From Hyaloraphidium curvatum SAG 235-1 (Eukaryota > Fungi > Monoblepharomycota), in NCBI GenBank assembly GCA_025558095.1, contig JAIVFI010000033.1:496001-560000 (forward strand): 64,000 bases of DNA, in the 5' to 3' direction. Made by a program: the position numbers and the translations under genes. This document shows, piece after piece, positions 21,993-33,003 of this stretch (within the stretch, counting starts at the first letter, position 1; the number at the start of each line of letters is the position of its first letter). The notes beneath the pieces are model-generated. The model was not told the origin of the DNA. It searched no databases and saw only the letters and a program-made list of their open reading frames with translations.

Positions 21993-22399
21993 CGCGGCCC
22001 TGCAGCGGCCCCAGAGCGCTCCAAAAAGGCCTGCGACCGAGTGCCTGCGTGCCTGACTGACTGACTTTCGAGGAAGGGGTTTTCAGGGACCTTCATCTCG
22101 TCCCCCACGGGTAACCGGATTGGCCCGGATTTGCTGTAGAGCCATGCAAAGCATCTCCGTTGCCGGTTCGACGATCGTTTCCGGTCTGTTGTGGTACACG
22201 GCAGCAAGTCTCGAGGCCAGCTGGGGTCGGCCACATTGATTGTACTGGCCAGCGCTCATCCGATTCTGGCGCCAGCCAACGCATCCGCAAGCACCTCCGC
22301 ATCCTCCGTCCCCGCGGCCCCGCCCTGGATCCCGGTCGCCTCCCTCGCAGCGCCGGCGTATATTGCATCCGCGGCACCGGGCTGAATCCAAGTCGAATG

Positions 22400-23220
22400 T
22401 GAGTAACACCATTTGCCGACGAGCTCCGCGGCCGACGAACCTCGTAGAATACGCTCCAGAACTGCCTCAATCCGTCGTCCACGAGCCGCGCCAGCTCCTT
22501 GTCCCGCGGCCAGGCGGACTTGCAACCCCTTGAAGGCATCCGGGCATAGTCCACGACCCGCACCTCCACCCCCGGGCGCGCACCGAACCCGGTCCTCGAG
22601 CACGCCGACCTCGCCCTCGACAGCTCGTCTGCGAGCCATCTTCCCCACGGCGAGCCGCCCTCCCGGGGGCGGGAACGCCACTCCCCTGCCACGGGAAGAT
22701 CCACTACGTCGTAGACGAACTGCGTCCCAGGAGGATACTTGCCCGCGTCGACAGCGTTGCGGGTGAGCACGCCGATGGTGCGCAGGAGGCCCTTCCCGGC
22801 GGAGCAGTGGATCCCGGCGTGGGTGAGCTGGCGGCCGTCGGGGAGCACCACGCCGCCGACGTAGTGCTTCTCGGGGCGGCCGGGAAGGTACCGCATCTCG
22901 GTGTACTTCGGTGACGCGAGGTGGTTCTTGCCGCTCTGCGTCAACAGCGACATCTCCACGACGAAATCCGGCCGCGAACCCCCGGCGTCGACGTATTCGT
23001 AGTTCCCGTTGGGGAAGACCTTGTAGGCGCAGAAGCGGAGGTGCGCGTGCAGGGCAACGGACGATTCGACGAAGGAAGAGAGCGCCGCCGGGAGGCCGAA
23101 CCTCGCGCGCGGCTCGGGGTCGACGGCGGGCGGCGCGGGCAAGGCGCGCGCGGCATCGGCGCAGCCGGGGACTTCGGCGGAGAGCACATCATGATTTTTC
23201 GCGAGCCGGTGGGCGGCCAT
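22400..23220 (-). CDS. Hypothetical protein, orphan paralog X2
   Basis: Shares the collinear motifs with X1; homology ends at FWSVFYEVR (~22435). The ORF track extends to 22093, so the true end is uncertain. Confidence 0.7.
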
Positions 23221-23390
23221 CGCGCGGAGTAACCGGGGGGAGGGAACGGAGTTTGACGCTCTGGCGGTGACGTGGCGCGTGGCGCGAGTGAGGTGGAACA
23301 TTCCGCTCATCCGATCTAAACAGCGGCTCTCCACAGAGTATAGTTTGGAATTCCATTTGCCGCGACAGAGCAATAGGACCAACTACCCAG

Positions 23391-26280
23391 CTACGAACCG
23401 TGTACCCTGAGCTTCCTCCCTGTCACCGACCCCTCGGGCCACACCGTCATCTCGAGCCGTACCAACAACGTCTCCTCCCGCACCACCTCCGACCTCTTCC
23501 TCCGGAAGGCCGGGTTCCAGTACTCTACCCTCACGGACATCTCGATCTGCACCCGCGTCGGCCCGGCGGTGTCCACCCCTTCCTGCAGCACATCCACGCT
23601 CGCGAGTCTGCCCACGTTGACCCTGACCCCCACCCGCGAGCAGGTGGTCCCCGAATCCGTACCGGCGTCCGGGCCCCACCAGCACTGGTTCGGGTCGTAC
23701 AGAATGGCCGAACCCGTGGGGGGGAACGACAGGGAGGCACCCAACGTCGTCCGGGCGCCACTTAGCCACAGCACGCGGCGGCGCCAGGGGCCCTGCGGGC
23801 GGTCCGGGAGCACGAGCGTCGCCTGCCGGATGCGTACGACCCAGATAGTTGCCGAGGTCCGCACGCGGATGGCCCACAATGCCCAGTCGCCGGGGTATAT
23901 CGGGTTTGCGCCGGAGACGATCTCCGCCGTCGCCGTGGGAGCGGCCACCGCGCCCGCCACGTTCCTGTTGGCATGGCACCATCCGTCCGGCTCCGCAATC
24001 GCCGCTTCGACCTGGAACCGGGGGAGCTCCGGGCACGGCAGATCGCAGCGGGGCGCGAAGCTGACGCCGTAGGTCCCGACCGCACCGCACCCTTCCGCGA
24101 CGGCTACGACGATGCTTCCCGCCACCGACTCGGTGGTATCTGCAGGCTCCCGCGAGACGTCCACGCTCCACGCAAAGTCCCCGGCTAGAACCTGCCACTG
24201 CCCCGGCGTGGCCGAGTCGTAAAAGTACGACGCGCCAGGCTCGAGGTCTGGCGAGCCCGCGGCGGGGCCGGACGTCGAGAAGCCCCAGAGGACATCCGGC
24301 CACAGCGTGGAACACGGGCCGATCACGACGGCGTACCGGTGCCCGTGGCGGAGGGTGACAGCGGCGAGCGGTTCGGGCGCGAGGAACGGGATCGCCGGGT
24401 TCGTGTTGATGTCGGGATGGCCGAAAGACCCGATTGTTCCTGTGGCGAGCGGAGTGCCGGACGGAGGGGCGGGCTGCAGGCCCGAAGAGGCACTATACAG
24501 GGCCACGGGGCAGTCGAAGCTCTCGGGGAAGAGGCCCGATGCGAGGGTGATGCGATCCAGGCGGAGGTTGGAGGAGGAGCCGACCGTGAAGGTGGCCGCA
24601 GCGACGCCGGAAGCAATGGATCGGTTGCCAGCCACGGTCATGGAGCTTCCGTCCAGGGCGGCGTTCACGCCGACGAAGATGGGTGATTCCACCTCGAGGT
24701 CGAAGAACCAGTAGGCGCCGTTGCCCTCCGTGAGCCATGGCGACCCCGGCCCGTCTCTCCAAAGCCCAAACGAAGCGTCGTAACCGTTGCTCTCGAGAAC
24801 AATGGCCGAGACGTCGCCCCAAATGTCGGGGCTCAACCAGACGTTGGAAGAAATCTGGCTGCAGCCCAGCATCGCCACCGCGTACGATGTCCGGGGCTGC
24901 ATCACATAAGCCGTGATCTGCGGGAGGATCTGCCTGTCGAGCTCGGAAATGCGTAAGCCCAAACCGTTGGTTGAAGCAAACGCGGGCAGCACCACGCCCT
25001 GGTCCCGCGCGAGGAAGGTGGTGGTGGCCTCGTCCTGGATCGTGCCGCCGGGCGCCAACACGAGGGCAAAGTCGCACACGGGGTTGAAGGCGCCGTTGTT
25101 GTTGAAGAAAGACGTGCGGAACGCCCGGATGCGGGAGGGGCCCGGGCCCGTGGTGAAGACGTAGGCGTAGTCGGGGTGGGGTATGCCGCCATACTCCGCG
25201 TAGCTGTCAAGGTGGAACATATTGATACCGTAGCCCCGCAGCAGGCTGGTAGTCGTGATCTGCCGAAGACTGCCGGTGAGGGCGCCGCGGCCACGGCATT
25301 CGAAGAAGGAGACCCACATCATCGCCCAGCACAGCCGGAGAGCCGGTGGAGGTGCCCAATGCCGGCATCATTGTGTAATCAAGCCGGGAGTAGGTTGCGT
25401 TGAACCCGAGGAACATCTTCGTGTCACCGCCCGGCTGGCCCGGGAAAGTCACGTTGAACGCCGAGAATCCGATCTGCTGCATGGCGTTGAAGGCCGAGTG
25501 GGAGGCGCGGAAGATGGCGTACATCTCCTCGGGGGTCACCGTGCCCACGTAGACGCGGAAGTCGTCGGCCCAGCCGGGCCACGCCGTGTTAGCCGTGGTG
25601 CCGATCAAGGTCTGGGTGATGTCCGACATGTCGCCCACGCCGCTCATCACGGTGGCCCCGCCGACGTTGAGGCCGTTGATGTACATCCTGGCCTCCTTTC
25701 CGACGCTGGTGACGCCGACGTGGATCCACTTTGGCACCGACGGGCTGCCGTAGATGTCGGGCGCGCCGGCCTGCAGGCTCTGCAGGTCGGTGCCGGTCCA
25801 GATGTCCGCCTCGAACCTGCCGAGGCCCACGCCGAGATACAGCCGCGCGTCCCTGAAACCGGGCCCGATGGCGTCGATGAGAACCCCGCGCTCCTGGTCG
25901 CCGACGTGCGGCCAGATCCACGCGATGACGGCAAAGTCTTTGGTGCCGATGCCGTTGAGCAGGCCGTCGACGGCTATGCTGCTGCCTGGGTAGAGGGCGT
26001 CGCGGGCCGGCACCGAGCCTTGCAGCGGGTAGAAGTCGGCCACTCCCTGCCCGCCGCCGACCGTGCCGCCCGGGGCGGGCACGTTGCCGCGGCACGACAC
26101 CACGCCGATGGCGGCATCGAAGGCGAGTCGCTCATACAAAATGGCCGACGAGAGCGTCGGGCCTTGCCCGTACGTGCAGTTGTGCCCGGCGTCGGCAAGG
26201 CGGAGCCGGGCGGACAGGGACACAAAGAGCGCCGCCGCCGCCAATCGCAGGCGCCCCCAAGGCCGCCGATGCGGGCCCAT
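23391..26280 (-). CDS. Secreted LamG/ConA-like domain protein, copy 1 (head A, tail x)
   Basis: Signal peptide; LamG motifs DFAVIAWIWP, KWIHVGVT..MYING, GWADDFRVY; intron 25260-25317; tail CDLPCPELP..EPDGWC..GRKLRVHGS. Confidence 0.85.
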
Positions 26281-26357
26281 CTCGGCGTCCTCCTACCGGG
26301 CGGCCACGCGTGAGCCGCCCGAGACCGGGCCGTAACACGGTGGGAAAAGAGGGTTGG

Positions 26358-26365
26358 GCTAAGCC
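26358..26365 (-). promoter_or_regulatory. GGCTTAGC upstream motif of LamG copy 1
   Basis: The same 8-mer lies ~85-90 bp upstream of the ATG in all four LamG genes. Confidence 0.5.
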
Positions 26366-26479
26366 CACCAGCCTGGGGCGGCGGCCTTGCGGGGGCCATA
26401 TCAGACCCTGGCGATGACGCCCACCTTTTCGGCCCTCCCGGGAGCGTGGAAAGCCGAGTTCTTGATGCGTGAGCAAAGG

Positions 26480-27350
26480 AGTGGAAGCGATCAGTGAGGT
26501 GTTGACTTCCAGGGCGGAAAGAAGCGCGCTGGCGCCCTCGTCCCCGATGGAGTTCAATTCCAGGTCCAGGCTGGTCAACGCCAAGTTCCTCTTCAGCGCG
26601 TCGGCGAGCGCGCGGGCACCCTCGACCCCGATGGAGTTCCTGTAGAGGTTCAGGGTCGTGAGCACCGAGTTGCCCTGCAATGCTTCCGAAAGCGCGCGGG
26701 CGCCCTCGCTGCCGATGGAGTTGCTCACAGGGACAGGCTCTCGAGCGCCTTGTTTCCCTTCAGCGCGTGCGCGAGCACGCGGGCCTCGCCGTCCCCAATG
26801 GAGTTGGTGGCCAGGCTCAGGATCTTGAGCGTCTTGTTCCCCTTCAGCGCCTCCGCGAGCGCGCGTGAACCCTCGAACCCGATGGAGTTGCCGCTTAGGT
26901 GCAGTGCCGTCAGCACCGAGTTGCCCTTGAACGCTTCGCCTAGCGCGCAGGCCTCCGTGTCGCCGAGTTGCTCGTACCCCGCCTGGAGCTCCGTCTGCCC
27001 CGTGAGCCTGGTGCGCCAGTGCGCGGGATCGGCCTTCGACGTGGGGGCGAGCGCTTTCGGGGCTGGCGTCGGAACGGCGGAGAGTGGACCTGTGGTCGGA
27101 ACCGGCGCCACGGGGGCAGTCGCGGCGGCCGGCTGCTGCTTGATGGCGCGGTTGATCTGTTGGAGGAGCGATGGGGATATGTCGTTGGAGCTCAAATCAA
27201 GCTCCACCAAGGATCGGTTCAGTTCGAGCGCCGAAAGGAGCGCGCGCGCGCCCTGGTCCCCGATGGAGTTGCGGCCCAGGTCCAGTTCCGTCAGTGTTGT
27301 GTTTCCCATGAGCACCTCTGCGAGTGCACGCGCGCCCAGGACCCCGATGG
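26480..27350 (-). pseudogene. LRR gene fragment #4 (no kinase), frameshifted
   Basis: About seven 28-aa LRRs and the family N-cap ADPAHWRTRLTGQTEL; frame break near 26727; truncated at both ends between the two divergent LamG genes. Confidence 0.8.
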
Positions 27351-27727
27351 CGGCGCGGGGATGGCGGGCGCGGCATCCGGCCAACCGGGGAGCTCTCGGC
27401 GGAGTGTACATCAGTCCCGAAGCACGTCAGCGGGTAAAGAGACGCGGCACCCTGCTTCTTCTGATCAACCCTGTTCCTGCTTGCGACAGGAATGGACACG
27501 AAGTTCTGGAGGTCAGCTCATCACATTTCCATCGCCGGACTCGAAGCTTGGATGGCCGAATGGCGTATCAGGAAAGCGGCACAACCCAAGCCCACGAGGG
27601 CAAGAAGAGCCCGGGTCACCAAATGGCAGTCTACCGTCCTCTCCGCCCTAAGCGTGATTACTCTAGTGCAACTCAAAAATTGATGCGTCGCGTCAGCTTT
27701 TCGACCGAGTGGCGGCCGCGCGCACGG

Positions 27728-27735
27728 GGCTTAGC
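27728..27735 (+). promoter_or_regulatory. GGCTTAGC upstream motif of LamG copy 2
   Basis: 8-mer 90 bp upstream of ATG 27818. Confidence 0.5.
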
Positions 27736-27817
27736 CGAAGTCCAAATCCCGAGTCAATCGATGCGCCTGCCGTACCGCCGGCCCAGGGGTTCCGGCGACG
27801 GGCCTAGGCGCGCCGCG

Positions 27818-30712
27818 ATGGGTCCGCGCCGACGGACTCCGGGGCGTCGGCGATTCGCGGCGTCGGCGGCGCTGGTCGTGGTGTCCCTGTGGACGCTGCT
27901 CCGCCCGGCAGCCGCCGCGCACAACTGCACCTACGGGCCCGGCCCCACGCTCTCCTCTGCGATTTTGTACGAGCGCCTGGCGTTCGACATCGAGCTCGGC
28001 GTGGTGTCCTGCCGGGGCAATGTCGCCGCCGTGGGCACCGTGCTGTCGGACATTGTCGAGCTGACGGCTGCGGTCCCCACGCGGGACGCCCTGTTCCCGC
28101 AGGAGTCCCAGCAGGGGGGACTCAACGGACTTCTGTTTGTCAACGGGCTGATGAACGGCATCGGCGCCCGCGACTTTGCCGTCTCGGCGTGGATCTGGCC
28201 GCACATCGGCCCGGGCGAGGACCGCGCCTACCTGATCGACGCCTACGGGCCGGGCGGGTTCAACGACCTTCGTTTCACGATGGGCGTGGGGTTCGGCGTT
28301 TTGGAGGCTGCGGTGTGGACCGGCAGCTCCCTCCAGGGCGGCAACAGCGGCCAGGCCGTCGAGGTGGCGGGCCTGTCGAGCGTGCCCAAGTGGATCCACG
28401 TCGCCGTCACACGCACGGGGACGGAACTCAACTTCTACATCAACGGCCGCGACACGGGCACCGGGGCCGAGGTGCAGGCCGTCGGCGACTTTTCTGACAT
28501 CGCCAACATCACCATCGGCACGCAGCGCATCGGCGTCGCCTCGGCCAACCGCTGGTTGGGTCAGGTCGACGACATCCGCGTCTACGTGGGCACGGTATCC
28601 GCCTCCGAGATCTACGGCATCTTCCGCGCCTCGCACTCGGCGTACAACGCCATGCAGCAGGTCGGCTTCTCTTCCTTCAACATGACCTACCCCGCCGCCC
28701 CGGACGGCGATACGAAGATGCACCTCGGATTCAACGCCACCTATGACAGGACCGACTACTCGCTAACGCCGTCATTGGGCACGACGACCGGTCCGCCCGC
28801 CGTGCTGGGCGACGATGTCACCTTCACCGGCCCGCTCCGCGGCTTTGGCATCAGCATGCTGACGCTCCTCACCGACGACCAGGCCTTCCCGTTTGGTGGC
28901 TTCGAAAACGTCCACAACGCATGGGTTTTCACCACCGGGCCCAGCCCGTCGCGGATCCGCACCTTCCGCTTCATAATGTGGCCCGCCAGCAACTCCTACT
29001 CGAGCATCACCTGCGACTACCTGCTCGTCGAGGCGCCCGGCGGCGTCCCCGCGGGCGACACCATGACACAGTACCTCGCCAAGGACCCCGCCGTCAGGAT
29101 CCCGAGCTTCGAGGCTCCCATGTTCGGCTACACGCGCCCGGAGTTCGGGCGCAACCTGCTGCCGCAGATCACGTCGTACGTGATGCAGCCGTCGACGACC
29201 TACGCGATTACGGCGCAGTCGTGCGACAAGGGGGTCATCTACGTCATGCTGTCCATGGGGGCGGCGGCGTCCTTCACCGTGCTGGGAAACGGCTTCCAGA
29301 CCCTGCCAGGCATGCGGAACGATGGGCCCGGGGATTACTGGCGTAACCTCGGGATGCAGGACAACATGTGGCCGTTCGACCTGGAGGTGGAGACGCCCGC
29401 TTTCCAGGCCGCCGACGCCGCCCTGGACGGTACTTCAATGACCGTGGCCAACTCGAAGCCCGTGACCACGGCCTTTTACGTCGCCACCTCCTTCATCGTC
29501 GGCACGTCCAACCTCCGCCTCGACAGCTTCACGATCACCATGGGCTCCCCGCCCGCCGTTCCGGGCTCCCAGGGCTTCACCTGCACCGTCGAGCTGTACC
29601 GCGGCACCACCACGGGGCAGCCCGGCGAGCCCACCGGCGCCGCGCTCGCGACGGGCAGCGTGCGCCGCAAGGACTACGCGGATACCACCTCGGTGTTTTC
29701 CTTCCAGGCGCCCGAGGCGCTGGCCGCCGTCACGCTGCGCAAGGGGCAGCGGTACGCCTTCAAGTTCGGGCCGTGCGACACGGACGGCCTGTCGTGGGCG
29801 TACTCGGAGTCGGGGGCGCCGGCGGGGTCGCCGAGCGCGGAGCCGGGCACCTCGTTCGCCTACGAGCCGGAGATCACCTCGTGGGTGCCCGTCGCGGGGG
29901 ACTTTATCTGGACCGCGAGCTTTTCCAAGGAGCCGGCGGGGACCACAGAGACGGTGACGGGCAGCATGTCGGTCGCGGTCCCGCAGGCGGGATGCGGCGC
30001 GGTGGGGACCTACGGCCTCAAGTTCACCCCCTCCTGCGACGCGCCGTGCCCGGAACTGCCTGCGTTCCAGATCGACGCGGCGGTGGCGGAACCGGACGGG
30101 TGGTGCCGCGAGAACGCGACCTCTTCGACCTCGTTCGACGCGCCCACGGCCACGTCGTCGGTGGCGGAGCCGGACCCAAGGTACCCCGGCGACTACGCGG
30201 TCTGGGCCATCCGCGTGCGGACCTCGGCCGACATGAGGCGGGTGCTCATCCGCAACGGCACCCTCCTCCTCCCCGACCGCCCCGAAGGCGACCCCTGGCG
30301 GAGCCGCGCCCTGCGCACCACCGAGGGCGGGTTCACGCCGCTGGGTACCGCCGCGTCGTTCGGCACCGTGCCGGTGGTGCTCGACCGGCCCACGGTGCTC
30401 TACGATCCGACCGTGTGCATGTCGGGCCCCGACCCCGGCATGGATACGGGACCGTATTGCTCGCAGGCGGGGTTTCTGGTGACCGTGGGGAACGACCCGG
30501 CGGCGTACGTGCTCGAGGACGGGGTGGACACCGGGCTGACGCGGGTGGCGCTGGAGGTGTTTCTGGCCGTGCAGTACTGGGACGAGCCGATCCCCGCCCG
30601 CAGGAGGAGGAGGAGGGCGCAGGTGGAGCACGTGCTGGCGGTGCGGCTCGAGACGACGGTGCGGATGGGGAGGCCGGTGACGGGGAGGAAGCTCAGGGTG
30701 CACGGTGCTTAG
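27818..30712 (+). CDS. Secreted LamG/ConA-like domain protein, copy 2 (head B, tail x), intronless
   Basis: MGPRRR..signal peptide; DFAVSAWIWP, KWIHVAVT..FYING, GQVDDIRVY; continuous ORF to GRKLRVHGA. Confidence 0.88.
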   Translation: MGPRRRTPGRRRFAASAALVVVSLWTLLRPAAAAHNCTYGPGPTLSSAILYERLAFDIELGVVSCRGNVAAVGTVLSDIVELTAAVPTRDALFPQESQQGGLNGLLFVNGLMNGIGARDFAVSAWIWPHIGPGEDRAYLIDAYGPGGFNDLRFTMGVGFGVLEAAVWTGSSLQGGNSGQAVEVAGLSSVPKWIHVAVTRTGTELNFYINGRDTGTGAEVQAVGDFSDIANITIGTQRIGVASANRWLGQVDDIRVYVGTVSASEIYGIFRASHSAYNAMQQVGFSSFNMTYPAAPDGDTKMHLGFNATYDRTDYSLTPSLGTTTGPPAVLGDDVTFTGPLRGFGISMLTLLTDDQAFPFGGFENVHNAWVFTTGPSPSRIRTFRFIMWPASNSYSSITCDYLLVEAPGGVPAGDTMTQYLAKDPAVRIPSFEAPMFGYTRPEFGRNLLPQITSYVMQPSTTYAITAQSCDKGVIYVMLSMGAAASFTVLGNGFQTLPGMRNDGPGDYWRNLGMQDNMWPFDLEVETPAFQAADAALDGTSMTVANSKPVTTAFYVATSFIVGTSNLRLDSFTITMGSPPAVPGSQGFTCTVELYRGTTTGQPGEPTGAALATGSVRRKDYADTTSVFSFQAPEALAAVTLRKGQRYAFKFGPCDTDGLSWAYSESGAPAGSPSAEPGTSFAYEPEITSWVPVAGDFIWTASFSKEPAGTTETVTGSMSVAVPQAGCGAVGTYGLKFTPSCDAPCPELPAFQIDAAVAEPDGWCRENATSSTSFDAPTATSSVAEPDPRYPGDYAVWAIRVRTSADMRRVLIRNGTLLLPDRPEGDPWRSRALRTTEGGFTPLGTAASFGTVPVVLDRPTVLYDPTVCMSGPDPGMDTGPYCSQAGFLVTVGNDPAAYVLEDGVDTGLTRVALEVFLAVQYWDEPIPARRRRRRAQVEHVLAVRLETTVRMGRPVTGRKLRVHGA

Positions 30713-30987
30713 TCCGTTCGGTTGTGCTCGATCTGGGTCTGTTGATGTATCTGCTGTCTCATGGATCGTTTATTCGGATGAGCGGCCGCGTCCTCCCTGG
30801 CCGATTTCGGATGCAATCGCGATGATCGAATGATCGCAGCTCCTCCGTTCCGGCCCGCGCCGCCTCATCGTCGGCCCCCGGTGCCAGCAACGGCAAGCCG
30901 GTGGGCAAGGTCACCTGGGCGGGCATCGTGGATTCCCCCAGGATAAGAAGAGCAGGGCCCGGGTCACGGGGCTGGTCAAGGCGCTTG

Positions 30988-31151
30988 CGGAGATGGACGC
31001 GGTGCCGCCCGAGGAGATGGTCACGGTCGGCGTCGAGGAGGGGGAGGAGTGATGCCGGGTTGCACCGTGGTCCGCATGGGATCTTGATTCACGACGCGTG
31101 GATGACATTGCAAAAGATGCTCGAGACAAGACGTGGCTACAGTTTCCCTCT
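30988..31151 (+). repeat. 164-bp direct repeat, left copy (right copy 36156-36319)
   Basis: cggagatggacgcggtgccgcccgaggag...gtggctacagtttccctct occurs twice with roughly a dozen differences. Confidence 0.9.
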
Positions 31152-31336
31152 TCGATCCCCGGTTTTGCGGATCGGGCCATTGGAAAGACCCTGGCGATGA
31201 CGGCCACCTTTCCGGCCTTCCCGTGAGCGTCAAAATCCGAGTCGCAAGATGCAGAGGCATGAAAAAACGAGTGGAAGCTGCCGATCAGCGTCCTCAATGA
31301 GGAGCTAGCAATCCCACCGTACACTTAGAAATCCCC

Positions 31337-32330
31337 CTACGCCCCAAGAATCAGCTCCTCATCGACATTCAAACCAAAAGCGACCGGCGCGGGGGCCGGA
31401 GCGTTGACAGCGGCGGCTTCGGTGCACAGCTGAAGCCAGTGTTGGAGTTGGGCCGCGACGCCAAGAGCCCAGGCCACCGCGATCCGTTCGCGGAAGCGCC
31501 GCACAAAACGAGAGTAAAGGCCATCGAGGTCCACGGGCTGCCCATCGCGGCCGACGATCCCGGGATACTGGATGCGCCCCATCTCCGAGGAGAAGCGCGA
31601 GAAAGTGTCAGAGACAGCGCTGTACGAATCAAAAGCAATCACGATCAGAGGGTAGAAGTTGGCGTTGAAGACGAAACGGGAGTAGTCCTTCCTGGCGGCC
31701 TCGACCCGCCGTTCGACTGCGTGGCCCGGGACCGAGAAGACCAGGCCCGTGTGCAAGTGGGCCATAGAGGTGAGGGTCTTGATTTCGAGCAACCACCGTT
31801 TCCGGGTTTCGCGGTGCGTGATGAGAACGTCGCCAAGGCGGCCTGCATCCGCAGGCGTGGGCGGGGTGACAGTCTTGTAGCCATGCGCAAGGAGGTTTGG
31901 CGGCATGGGGTGCACGCGGAGGAGCGGGATGGAGCGAAGCGCCGCGCGGATGGCCGCGCAAATGTCGTCGTGACCAGGACTGAAGAGATCCCGGCCATAG
32001 CAGCCCGAGAACGCGTGCTCCCCCGTCAGCGACATGGCCGATCGCTTGCAGCCCCGCCGGCAGGGCAAGGAAAGACCAGGGTAGTCGGCCTCGTGCAGGA
32101 GCGGGAGGCAAAGCCGGAAGCGTACAAGTAAGCGGAATAAGTTGTTGCGAATGTGGTTGGCAAGCAGCGCGGGAGAGGCAGTCAGGAAAGCCGACAGGCC
32201 GTCCTGCGCCTGGACGAGCCGCTTGCGGCGCTCCAGACCGGCGGAAGTGTCGGGTTGCAAGGCAATCAGAGCCGCGAGGCGCTGGCGCCTCTCAGCCTCC
32301 AATTCCACGCTGCGACCGACGCGAGCAAGT
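31337..32330 (-). mobile_element. 5'-truncated RLE-type non-LTR retrotransposon (CRE-like) C-terminal region
   Basis: SAFLTASP..LFRLLVRFRLCLP; CCHC knuckle CRRGC..GEHAFSGC; degenerate RH motif GHDDICAAI; PD-(D/E)xK-like RLGDVLI..LLEIKT; RKDY; FRERIAVA. No RT domain in the window; GC is visibly lower than in the flanking genes. Confidence 0.7.
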
Positions 32331-33003
32331 TTCGAGCCATCGGACGCAGGGACGGTAAATGCACCAAATTGTTGACTGTCTGGTGCTACTTCGACTGGCG
32401 ATGCCTGGTTTGCAATCCTTGATTCATGTTTGTTCGGCGGCCTTATCCTATGATGCGTTCCCAAAGATACCAACGCCGCTTCATTGGATGGAAGCCGGAC
32501 GTACGGTCACGTTTGGATCGAGCAGCTTGACCATCGCCAGCGGAGCAGTTTTGTTCGATCTGTTCTCGTCCGGCACCGGCCGACAGAAGAACCGGTCTGT
32601 GCGTTGCCACTTTGCGGACGCCCCTGTGTCACACCCCCAAGCAAGTCAGCGAGTAGAGAGACGCAGCAACCGCGGGGATCGCATGGTCATGTTGCGCGTG
32701 GTGTTTGGAGGTCATCGTGCGGAATGACCGCGGGAACGGGATGGAGTTCAGGTTGTTGACGCGGCGTCGAGTCGCCATGCGCTGCCCCGTGATGCCATTT
32801 CCCCCGGCAGCGACCCGGGACCGTTGGCCCGCAACCGCAACCGTCCCCACAGTCGCGTTGTCGGGCGCGCGGCCCTCGGCATCCTCCGCGCCACGGGCGC
32901 GCCGCGACCGCAATAAGGAAGCATTTGCTCGGCCCCGGCCCGAGAAGGAAACGGCGGTGCGCGGTGAACGAGAGCCGGGCGGTCCCGCGACGCGACGACT
33001 TCG

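Noticed and set aside
26750-27817. N-terminal 356 aa of the 1320-aa ORF
   Set aside because: It is mostly the antisense of the LRR fragment plus promoter DNA; comparison with the paralogs puts the real start at ATG 27818.
31152-31175. Short hairpin cgatcc..ggatcg at the repeat junction as a Helitron end
   Set aside because: The stem is only 6 bp, there is no adjacent CTRR terminus and no RepHel gene.
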